A DNA stretch of 64,000 nt from Myxococcota bacterium (lineage in GTDB: Bacteria > Myxococcota_A > UBA796 > CAJQPC01), in contig DASCPX010000071.1 in the NCBI GenBank assembly GCA_036012755.1, forward strand, positions 1 through 64,000. Direction: 5' to 3'. This document shows, one piece after another, positions 29,801-38,300 of the stretch. The notes under the pieces were generated by a model that saw only the letters and a program-made list of their open reading frames with translations, searched no databases and was not told the DNA's origin. The translations under genes were made by a program, and so were the position numbers. Each line of letters starts with the position of its first letter. Position 1 is the stretch's first letter.

Positions 29801-30162
29801 AGAGCGGCCAGTGGGCCGAAGCCCGGGGCCGGCAAGAGCTGGCCCTGACACGGATCCGCGCCCTCGGTCGGACAGGACTTCGAGGGGTCGCAGAGGCCAT
29901 CGCCTTGCCCATCGCCGCCCACTTCGGGGACTGGCGGGCCTTCCACGAGCACCTGGCCTTCGCGCTCGAGGTCGCCGAGGGGGAGGGTGCCGCGCACATC
30001 GATGGCGCACGAGCCGCCGAGCTGGCCGCCGAGCTCGCCACCGACGCCGGAGAGGTCGGCCCGGCGAGACAGGCCTGGGGCCTCGCGATCGCACACTGGA
30101 AGATCCTGGGTCGACAACAGAAGGCCGACGAAGCCAGGGGGCGCATGCTCAGCCTCGGTTAA
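26836..30162 (+). CDS. Ser/Thr protein kinase - P-loop NTPase (AAA_16/STAND-like) - TPR protein
   Basis: Kinase motifs IGRGGMGEVW, AVK, HRDVKPEN, DFG, GTPQYMAPE and DLYGLG; Walker A GEVGVGKT; C-terminal TPR-like helices. Start trimmed to ATG 26836. Confidence 0.93.
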   Translation: MSGIPVGPFDLETRIGRGGMGEVWLANHVDGSPGDPAVAVKVLTDRGARDPEYLRAFKNEVRLAAGLDHPHILLVHDYGEISPEAEKRSRGVLKAGSPWLAMELADGGPVGAGGQLSWRELRWALLCVLDALAHAHARGVVHRDVKPENVLLSAGGIKVSDFGLAQAVDRLGDVQLANHHAGTPQYMAPEQIEGRWRDWGPWTDLYGLGCLAWTLVSGAPPFSAHGLRGAIEAHLGAEPPPLEPRIGVPEGFEGWLRRLLQKDPFRRFRRAADATWALMSLPEPVEIDETSFDVTAPLPTLDTLEITWEGEDRGGPAAHEIDASIEPEPIAPFPSSWRRPHGQEPPPRMAGVGLGLFGLRDIPLVGRHELRDRLWDSLAEVERSRRGRLVVLRGEVGVGKTRVARWLCERGHALGAIAVVWATHAEPSRADDGLAPMLARHLRVQDLDPDAALARVTGMLRRLGEEDPDEATALSELIAGGIKMTSPSQRYVHIERYLAQLARFRPVVVRLENIQWSVDALGLAAHLLWSTRELPCLVLATVRDEVLAERPVEASMLARLLEQERATMVDVPLLGGKDTRALVRQILGLRGELAGQIEERCAGNAMFAVQLVGDLVQRGVLVPTPAGFRLRGGEDTELPDDVHRLWTERTKRFLEARPDTDGHMLEIAAVMGLEVDTRQWRQVSKRAGLQVSLRLVEALIAHRLARCGEEGPAFRWSFEHNLLHESLAKRARDGGRYESWNAAAADVLTETDSPDAQARLGRHLVRAGRPEEALAPLLAGARERCDCGDSREAALLLDEREEVMRSMRLGGGDRRWGDGWAIRARTSLSEVDLYAADAWGHRLLDAALEHGWEDLEIHALCLRATVLRHRGDRALSTESIEQALALARSRELADMEAACQRERAWLACEYGELDLARQHVLEALLHHDACGEHAGRAHCLAQLGAIERQSERYEEALGHVDAARQIFQEQGAGRDVASSDLHLALIHIESGQWAEARGRQELALTRIRALGRTGLRGVAEAIALPIAAHFGDWRAFHEHLAFALEVAEGEGAAHIDGARAAELAAELATDAGEVGPARQAWGLAIAHWKILGRQQKADEARGRMLSLG

Positions 30163-30172
30163 GGGCCCCGTC

Positions 30173-31744
30173 GTGCTCCCGATCGACGGCCAGTGCCTGG
30201 ACCTCAAGGGCCTCGTCGAGGTCGCGCGAGACGGACGCGTGGTCTCTCTCGATCCAGGAGCCCGAGAGGAGATGGCCGCCAGCCGGGCCTGGGTCGAGGA
30301 CGCCGTCGCTGGCAAGGTCGGCGACGGAGACCCGATCTACGGTGTGAACACCGGCTACGGCTCCCTCGCGCGCGTCCGGATCCCCGCGGACCGCCTCGAC
30401 GAGCTGTCCCGGAACCTGATTCGCTCCCACGCGGCGGGGGTCGGCGCTCCGGTCGACCGCGACGCCGCCCGCGCCACCGTGCTGCTCCGCGCCAACGCCC
30501 TCGCGCGGGGCCGCAGCGGCTGCCGCCCAGAGCTGGTAGAGCTCCTGCTCTCTTTGCTGAACCGGGGGGTTGACCCGTGGCTGCCATCACAGGGGAGCTG
30601 CGGCTCCAGCGGGGACCTGGCACCCCTGGCCCACCTCGGCCTGATCATCGGCCACAGAGAGGGTGATCCCGACGACGAGACAGGCCGCGCCTGGGTCGGC
30701 GAGGATCTCGTCTCCGGCCGAGAGGCCCTTCGACGCGCCGAGCTGAGACCGCTGGTGTTGGGCCCCAAGGAGGGCCTCGCGCTCACCAACGGCGCCCAGG
30801 TCACGACCGCCATCTCAGCCCTGGCCCTGGCCGATGCGATCCGCCTGGTGCAGGTCGCCGAGATCGCCGCGGCCTTGTCGGTCGAGGCCCTCCGCGGGGT
30901 CACGCGGGCCTTCCATCCCCAGGTCCACGCCCTGCGCCCCTACCCCGGGGCCGTGGCCTGCGCGGCGAACCTGTTGCGCCTGCTGGAGGGCAGCGAGCTC
31001 GTCGACTCTGTGCCCGGCAAGGTGCAGGACGCCTACGCCCTGCGCTGCACTCCCCAGGTCGTCGGCGCCGCGCGGGATGCGCTGCGCTTCGTCCACCAGC
31101 AGGTGGGCGTCGAGCTCAACGCGGTCACGGACAACCCGCTGATCCTCGTGGACGCAGAGGGGGACAACAAGGCCTTCAGCGCCGGGCTGTTCCACGGTGA
31201 GCCAGTCGGCATGGCGGCGGACGTCCTGAAGATCGCCGTCGCCGAGATCGCCTCAATCTCCGAGCGCCGCCTCTATCGGCTGACGACCGGAGCCCTGAGC
31301 GTCCACCTGCCAGCATCCTTGCGAGAGGGGCCCGGCGTGGGCCTCCTCGCGCTGCAGACATCCGCGGCTGCCCTGGTCAGCGAGAACAAGGCCCTGAGCT
31401 TCCCGGCGAGCGTCGACTCGATCCCCACCTGCGAAGACCAGGAAGACCACGTGGCGATGAGCACGACCGCGGCCCGGCGAGCCGCAGAGGTGGTGGCCAA
31501 CGCCCAGCGAGTTGTCGCCATCGAGCTCCTCTGCGCTCATCGGGCCCTCACCCACCGGCTCAAGTTCGAGCCCGGCGTGCACCTCGGCACCGGGACCTAC
31601 CCTGCCTGGGTCCGCATCGGGGAGGCGCTGGCCGGAGAGACACCAGCCGAGCAGCTCCGCTCCATCGAGTCGCTGGTCTCCGGGCCGGACCTCGAGCGGG
31701 CGGTCGAGGCCGAGGTCGGCGGCCTGGCGAGGGGCATCGCTTGA
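30173..31744 (+). CDS. hutH: Histidine ammonia-lyase (MIO family) with Ser-Ser-Gly MIO triad
   Basis: Motifs IYGVNTGYG, LIRSHAAG (HAL-type SH), GSCGSSGDLAPL, KEGLALTNG, QDAYALRC and QEDHV. Confidence 0.82.
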   Translation: MLPIDGQCLDLKGLVEVARDGRVVSLDPGAREEMAASRAWVEDAVAGKVGDGDPIYGVNTGYGSLARVRIPADRLDELSRNLIRSHAAGVGAPVDRDAARATVLLRANALARGRSGCRPELVELLLSLLNRGVDPWLPSQGSCGSSGDLAPLAHLGLIIGHREGDPDDETGRAWVGEDLVSGREALRRAELRPLVLGPKEGLALTNGAQVTTAISALALADAIRLVQVAEIAAALSVEALRGVTRAFHPQVHALRPYPGAVACAANLLRLLEGSELVDSVPGKVQDAYALRCTPQVVGAARDALRFVHQQVGVELNAVTDNPLILVDAEGDNKAFSAGLFHGEPVGMAADVLKIAVAEIASISERRLYRLTTGALSVHLPASLREGPGVGLLALQTSAAALVSENKALSFPASVDSIPTCEDQEDHVAMSTTAARRAAEVVANAQRVVAIELLCAHRALTHRLKFEPGVHLGTGTYPAWVRIGEALAGETPAEQLRSIESLVSGPDLERAVEAEVGGLARGIA

Positions 31745-33225
31745 TCGTCATCGACGGCCACACCCTGACCCCCTCGGACGTCACGGCCATCGCGGGCGGC
31801 GCCTCGGTGGTGTTGGGGGGCGAGGCGCGAGCGGCGATGGCCTCGAACCACGCGGCGTGGCTGGCCCTCGATCCGCCGGACATCCTGGCCCGCAAGGAGG
31901 CCTGGCTGGTGGGCACGCAGGCGATGGACACCACGGAGAGCCAGCGCATTCGAGCCTTCGTGCTCGGCCACTGCGCCGGTGTCGGTAAGCCGATGCCCTC
32001 CGAGCACGTCCGGGCGCTCATGGCCTGCCGCGCGAACGTGCTCGCCGCCGGCCTGTCCGGCTGCCGCCCAGAGGCCGCCGAGCGCCTGGTCGAGATGCTG
32101 CGGGCGGACATCGTCCCGGTGGTACCCAGCCAGGGTTCGGTCGGCGCAGCCGGAGACCTCGCCCCTCTCGCCCACGTCGCGCAGGTCGCCTTCGGCTTGG
32201 GAGGAGTGGCCCGGCTCGACGGCGTGGAGATGCCGGGGACCCAGGCGATCTCAGGTTTGTCGACCTACTCGCCTACCCCGAAGGAGGCCCTGTCCTTCAT
32301 CAACGGGGCGACGCTCACGGTGGCGCTCGGGGCCCTGGCGGTGGACCGCGCCCAGCGGCTGTTGCGTGTCACTGAGAAGGCCCTGGCCATGAGCATGGAG
32401 GTCGTGCAGGCCGACGCCCACTGTCTCGACGAGGCCGCCCTGGCCGCCCGCGGGCACTCCGGCGCCGTCTGGGTCGCTCGCCGCGTGCGGGCGCTGCTCC
32501 GCGGCTCCGTCCTGGTCAACGAGGGTCGCTCTGCCGACGCCTTCTCCATCCGCTGCGCCCCGGCGGTGCTGGGCGCTGCAGACGATGCCCTCGAGTACGT
32601 CGAGCGCGCCGTGATGCTCGAGCTCAACGGAGCCTGCGACAACCCGCTGGTCTTCGCGGACCGGGTCGTCGAGGCTGGCAACTTCCACGGCGCTCCGGTC
32701 GCCCTGGCGCTGGACCACCTCAAGGTCGCCCTGACCCAGGTGGCGAGCATCGCCGAGCGCCGCATCTTCCGGCTCACCTATGGTCAGCTCACGGGCAACC
32801 TGCCCAGCTTCCTGCTGGAAGGCGGCGGCGTCAACAGCGGCTTCATGCTCGCCCAGTACACGGCGGCCTCGCTGGTGAGCGAGATGAAGGGGCTGGCCCA
32901 CCCCGCGAGCGTCGACAGCATCCCCACCGGCCAGCACCACGAGGACCACGTGCCCATGGGCCCGACCGCTGCCCGCGGCCTGCTGCGCATCGTCGACTGC
33001 TTCGAGCAGGTCGTGGCGCTGGAGCTGCTGGTGTCAGCCCAGGGCCTGGACTTCCGCCGGGACGGGCTCTCGTTCACCTCCGAGGGCGAGCCCATCCAGG
33101 GGGAGCGCGTGGAGCTGGCTCCGGCTGTGGAAGAGGTCTGGGCCGCGATCCGCCGAGTGGTCCCCCGCTGGACAGAGGACCGGGTGCTTCACAGGGACAT
33201 CGAGAGGGTAGCGGCGCTCATCTGA
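31741..33225 (+). CDS. HAL/PAL-family paralog lacking the MIO-forming Ser (predicted non-catalytic subunit)
   Basis: GSVGAAGDLAPL; no YGxNTG loop; DAFSIRC. It retains DNPL, GNFHG, NSGFM and HPASVDSIPT. Intact 494-aa ORF with TTGA coupling. Confidence 0.85.
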   Translation: MIVIDGHTLTPSDVTAIAGGASVVLGGEARAAMASNHAAWLALDPPDILARKEAWLVGTQAMDTTESQRIRAFVLGHCAGVGKPMPSEHVRALMACRANVLAAGLSGCRPEAAERLVEMLRADIVPVVPSQGSVGAAGDLAPLAHVAQVAFGLGGVARLDGVEMPGTQAISGLSTYSPTPKEALSFINGATLTVALGALAVDRAQRLLRVTEKALAMSMEVVQADAHCLDEAALAARGHSGAVWVARRVRALLRGSVLVNEGRSADAFSIRCAPAVLGAADDALEYVERAVMLELNGACDNPLVFADRVVEAGNFHGAPVALALDHLKVALTQVASIAERRIFRLTYGQLTGNLPSFLLEGGGVNSGFMLAQYTAASLVSEMKGLAHPASVDSIPTGQHHEDHVPMGPTAARGLLRIVDCFEQVVALELLVSAQGLDFRRDGLSFTSEGEPIQGERVELAPAVEEVWAAIRRVVPRWTEDRVLHRDIERVAALI

Positions 33226-35227
33226 CGAAGACGAGGATGTTGTCGTCCGCGACCTCGCCGTCGTTGTAGTCGCCCCAGGTCTTGTTGTACTCGGAGGTGT
33301 CGAAGCCGCGGTCCCCAGCGGCACCGGCCCAGGCGTTCATGACGCAGCAGGTCGACCAGCTGGACTGGCCGCCGATGCGGGCGTTCTCCGCCGTGGTGTA
33401 GCTGGTGGAGCTCATCCAGCCCTCGTTCGGGTCGCTGCAGTTGAGACCCACGGGGTCCATCGTGGCCTGGGTCAAGCGGTCCTCTGACCAGGAGGTGCAG
33501 TTCGAGGCGCAGTAGGACGCCGAGGGCGTGGTCGAGAAGACGTTGGAGAGCGTGTCGTTGACGTCGAGACCCTCGCAGAGGAAGTAGGCGCCGTCGTTCT
33601 TGTAGTAGACGTAGACATCGGTCACCTCGATGGTCGTCCAGCTCTCGTACTTGGTGGTGACGGCGATGTCGGTCGAGTAGCTCGGGAAGGTCGTCTCGTT
33701 TCGCAGGGTTGTGCTCTCCCAGGTCGCGTCCTGGGCGAGCAGCCAGGGGTCGTTCACGTCGTCGATGTTCGCGACCAGGGTCCAGCCCCCGCCCTCGCTG
33801 CTCATGTCGCAGAAGACCTCGAAGGCCGTGCCGGTGGCGTCCGGGTCGATCCAGTAGTTGCCGTCACTGGCCCCGGAGCGGCTGTCGAGGACGTCATCGC
33901 ATGACAGGGCCGAGCAGTCCTCGTCGCCCAGCACCTCCTCGTCGTTGTCGACCGTGCCGTCGCAGTCGTTGTCCGAACCGTCGCAGACCTCGGTCGCGCC
34001 GGTGTAGGCGTCGGCGTCCGTGTCGTCGCAGTCGTCGGAGTTCTCGACGTAGCCGCTGGGCTGGTCGCAGGCCTCGGTGCTCGTGCCGGAGTCGCCGTAG
34101 CCGTCCCCGTCGCTGTCGGCGTACCAGGTGCTGCTGGACGCGGAGCCCTCGTCGACGTCACCGTCGCAGTCGTCGTCGATGTCGTTGCAGACCTCCTCAC
34201 CGTCCGGGCTGACGTCGGCGTCGGTGTCGTCGCAGTCGTCGCTGTCGTCGACGTAGCCGCTGGGCTGCTCGCAGCTCTCCGTCGTGTACTCGGCGCTGCC
34301 GTAGCCATCGCCGTCGTAGTCGATGTACCAGGTGACGCCTGGGTTCTTGGAGGCGTCGGTGTCGTCGCAGTCGGTGTCGTCCTCGACGTAGCCGCTGGGC
34401 TGCTCGCAGCTGTCCACGCTGCTTGTGGCGTCGCCGTAGCTGTCGCTGTCGCTGTCGCGATACCAGGTGGTCGCGTCCACGGCGCCTGTGTCCGCGTCCC
34501 CGTCACAGTCGTTGTCGACCCCGTCGCAGATCTCGGTGGCGTTCGGCGAGATGGAGGCGTCGCCGTCGTCGCAGTCGGTGTCGTCGTCGGCGTAGCCGGT
34601 GGGCGTGTCGCAGGCCTCGGTCGTGAGATCCGCGCTGCCAGACCCGTCTCCGTCGGCGTCGACGTAGAAGGTCGTCTGGACGCCCTCGTCGACCGTGCCG
34701 TCGCAGTTGTCGTCGATCTCGTTGCACTCTTCGGAGGCCCCCGGGTAGACGCCGCCGTCGGTGTCGTCGCAGTCCGTGCTGTCGGCGACCGTGCCCTCCT
34801 CCCCGTCGCAGCTCTGGGACTCGGCGTCCGGATCGCCGTAGCCGTCACCGTCGGCGTCGACATACCAAAGGTCCCCCACGGCATCGTCGATCTCGCCGCT
34901 GCAGTCGTCGTCGAGGCCGTTGCAGGTCTCGGTCGCGCCCGGGTTCACCTCCGCGTCGAGGTCGTTGCAGTCGTCCTCTTCGAGGTAGCCGTCGCCGTCG
35001 AGGTCGTCGTCCGGTGTGGACTCGTCGCAGTCGTCGTCCTGCCCGTTGTAGGGGACCTCTGTGTTGCCGGGCTTCACGGTGTTGTTGAAGTCGTCGCAGT
35101 CCTCGTCCTCTGGTGAGCCGTCGCTGTCGTTGTCGACGATCTCGACGGGCTCGCTGTCGTCGATGAAGCCGCTGTCGACCGGGGTGTCCTTGTTTCTGCA
35201 GGCGATGCCGAGGAGGAGGGTGAGCAT
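33218..35227 (-). CDS. Lipoprotein with MopE-related/putative metal-binding Asp-Cys repeats and a C-terminal fibrinogen-like domain
   Basis: Lipobox GIAC; repeats WYxDxDGDGYG..DCDD..PGAxExCxxxDxDCDG; C-terminal YWIDPD..FEVFCDM..GGGWTLV. Confidence 0.88.
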   Translation of the reverse strand: MLTLLLGIACRNKDTPVDSGFIDDSEPVEIVDNDSDGSPEDEDCDDFNNTVKPGNTEVPYNGQDDDCDESTPDDDLDGDGYLEEDDCNDLDAEVNPGATETCNGLDDDCSGEIDDAVGDLWYVDADGDGYGDPDAESQSCDGEEGTVADSTDCDDTDGGVYPGASEECNEIDDNCDGTVDEGVQTTFYVDADGDGSGSADLTTEACDTPTGYADDDTDCDDGDASISPNATEICDGVDNDCDGDADTGAVDATTWYRDSDSDSYGDATSSVDSCEQPSGYVEDDTDCDDTDASKNPGVTWYIDYDGDGYGSAEYTTESCEQPSGYVDDSDDCDDTDADVSPDGEEVCNDIDDDCDGDVDEGSASSSTWYADSDGDGYGDSGTSTEACDQPSGYVENSDDCDDTDADAYTGATEVCDGSDNDCDGTVDNDEEVLGDEDCSALSCDDVLDSRSGASDGNYWIDPDATGTAFEVFCDMSSEGGGWTLVANIDDVNDPWLLAQDATWESTTLRNETTFPSYSTDIAVTTKYESWTTIEVTDVYVYYKNDGAYFLCEGLDVNDTLSNVFSTTPSASYCASNCTSWSEDRLTQATMDPVGLNCSDPNEGWMSSTSYTTAENARIGGQSSWSTCCVMNAWAGAAGDRGFDTSEYNKTWGDYNDGEVADDNILVFVR

Positions 35228-35384
35228 GGGTCTACTCTACGGCACGGGCCTTGCACGGAGGCGGTCCAGTTCTCCCCAACCCGTCACCGAAGCGCACCAG
35301 CTCGCGCGGTTAGGCTCTCTCGCACCCAAGAGTGCGAAGGGCGCTACGCGCTCTCTGCCACCACCGCTTCACGCCGGATGCCCC

Positions 35385-38300
35385 ATGAAGCTGTTCGTTC
35401 GCCTGCCCGCTGAAGTGGCCTCTCTCGCCGAGAGCGTGCTGTCGACCGGGGCCATCCCCCTCATCGACCTCACCTCCAGCTGGACCGAGGAGGTCCATCC
35501 CGGCGCCTGGGTTCGCGTGCGTCCGGACCAGAAGGCCCCCGGAACTGGACCGGTCGTGCTCTGCAGCGCGGGAAGGAAGCCCCGCGGACGTCAGACCTGG
35601 CTCGAGGTGCGCGAGGCAAGACCGTGCCCGAAGAACTTCGAGGGCCTCTTCGTCGTCGGGCGCGAGGCCGGCGGCTTCTGCGGGAGCGAGGACGGCCTCT
35701 CCCTGCTCGATCAGTGCACCGGGAGGCTGGTCCTGGATGCCTCCGTCGGCCCCGACACCGCCGCGTCCGCCGCCGCCCTGGGAGCCGAAGGCGTGGTGCT
35801 CGCAGAGCAGCTCTGGGGGCTCAACGAGCTGGGGCTGGGGCCCCACTTGCGGCGCCTCGTGGAGCGCGCAACCGACACCTCGACCCATGTCGTCAACGGC
35901 TTTCGGGTCGCCGCGTCCCCGATCTCTCCGGCGATCCGACGCCTCGTCGCCGGGCTGGACGCCTACGAAGCGAGCGAGGGCTGGTTTGCCGCTGACGATC
36001 CGGTCGGCCTCGCCGTGCCCGCCGGTCAGGGCATCGCGCTGGCCCGCACCCTCGCCGAGCGCCACGGGGACCTCTGCGGCGTGCTGGACGCCTACGCGCG
36101 GGCTTGCGTCGAGTGGGAACAGCGCGTGGGCTCCGTCGTCGCCTGGCAGGACAGCTCGGCTCCTCGCGGGCGCACGTCCATCGCGCTGAGAGCCAGCAAC
36201 GGGCGCAGCTTCGTGGCCGACCCAAGCGGCGCCGTGGGCTCCGCGGTGCTCTGGCAGATCGCCGCCTGGGAGGGCCTCCCCATCACCGGCACGCCGCTGA
36301 TGGCGGCGGCAGCCGTCGGCGCACCGGTGCTCGCCCTACAAGGAGCGCTCGCGGATGTCCGCACCGTCTACACGCCGACGATCACCCCCGCGGACCCGGA
36401 GCCAGCCCCGGCGACGACCCCCGCTGTCGACGAGCCGGTGGCCATCGTCGGGCTCGGCTGCGTGCTGCCGCAGGCCCACGACGTCGCCTCCTTCTGGCGG
36501 AACGTCACCGGCGGCGTGAACTGCATCCGAGAGGTCCCCGAGGACCGCTGGGACCCGGCGCTGTTCTTCGACGCGGATCGCTCCGTCCCGGACAAGACCT
36601 ACGCGAAGGTCGGCGCCTTCGTCACGGACTTCCGGTTCGACAGCAAGAAGTACCGGATCCCGCCGAAGGTGGCGGCCTCGATCGACCCCGTCCAGAAGAT
36701 GGCGCTCGAGGCAGTCGGCCAGGCCCTCGAGGACGCCGGCGTCACGGGCGACTCCGCCATCGACCGATCCCGCGTCGCCGTCATCCTCGGCAACTCGATG
36801 GGCGGCGGCGAGTTCCGCGACAACTCCACGCTGCGGGTCTTCACCCCAGCCATGCAGGCGGCGCTCGCCGAGGTCCCGGAGTTCGCGGCCCTCCCCGACG
36901 AGATCCGGGAGGCAGTGCTCGATGGCTGGGTGACTCGCTTCAAGCAGGGCTTCCCGAGCATCACAGAGGACTCGATGCCCGGCGAGCTCTCGAACGTCAT
37001 CGCCGGACGCATCGCCAACGCCTTCGATCTCGGCGGTCCGAACTTCACCGTCGACGCGGCCTGCGCGTCGTCCATGGCCGCCATCCAGGCAGCCGTGAAG
37101 GGTCTCCAGGACGGTGACTTCGACCTCGTCGTCACCGGCGGCTCCGACCGCACGATGGACCCCCCGACTTTCACAAAGTTCTCGAAGATCGGGGCCTTGT
37201 CCCCTGATCATTCGAGTCCTTTCGATGCCTCCGCAGATGGCTTCGTCATGGGCGAGGGCTGTGGCATCCTCGTCCTCAAGCGCCTCTCTGACGCCGAGGG
37301 TGATGGCGACCGGGTCTACGCGGTGTTCCAGGGCTTCGGCGCGAGCTCTGATGGAAAGGGCAAGGGCATCACCGCCCCGAACATCGAGGGGCAGAAGCGC
37401 GCGCTGAGGCGTGCCTATGCCGACGCCGGGCTCGATCCCGTCGAGGTCGACCTCATGGAGTGCCACGGCACCTCGACGGTCGTCGGCGACAAGATCGAGG
37501 TCGAGGCCCTCACAGAGGTCGTCGGCGCGGGGCGCCGTGGGGCCCGCGGCCCCATCCGCATCGGCTCCGTGAAGAGCCAGATCGGCCACCTCAAGAGCGC
37601 CGCCGCGGCCGCCTCCATCATCAAGGTCGCGCTCGCCCTGCACCACAAGACGCTGCCTCCGAGCATCAACTTCCGGGAGCCGCGCGAGGACCTGCCCCTT
37701 CAGCAGATCCCCCTCCAGGTCCAGACCAGCGCCGAGCCCTGGCTCGCCGAGGGCTGGCGGCGCGCCGCCGGTGTGTCCGCCTTCGGCTTCGGCGGGACGA
37801 ACTTCCACGCCGTCCTGGTCGAGCACATCCCGGGCCTGGTGCCAGCGGCAGATGCGCCTGCCCGCAGCGCCAGGGTCGAGCTCGTGGAGCGGGATCTACC
37901 TGTCGGCATCTGGGCCGTCAGCGCCCAGAACCTCTCCGGCCTGTCACGGGCCCTCGACCGCATCGAGCGCGGCGAGAAGGCCCCGTGGAAGCCCTCGATG
38001 CCAGTGCGCCTGGCTGCGGCCGCCGACACCATCGAGGAGCGTCAGGACCAGATCGCCAGAGCCCGCAAGGCCATCTCCAAGGGCAGGGGTTTCGACCTGC
38101 TGCGCATGAGGTCCATCCACCTGGAGGACGGCCCCTGCGACGGCAAGCTCGCCCTCCTCTTCACAGGCCAGGGAAGCCAGTACCTCGGCATGGGCCTCGA
38201 TCTCGAGGACCGCTTCCCCATCGTCGGGGCGACCTTCGACGAGGCCGACAGCATCTGTGTCCGCGAGCTCGGCCACAGCATCCGCGACTTCATCCGCGGG

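Noticed and set aside
31741..33225. Second HAL copy as a pseudogene
   Set aside because: It is full-length with no frameshift, has normal codon bias, and selectively retains motifs, so it was treated as a pseudo-enzyme CDS.
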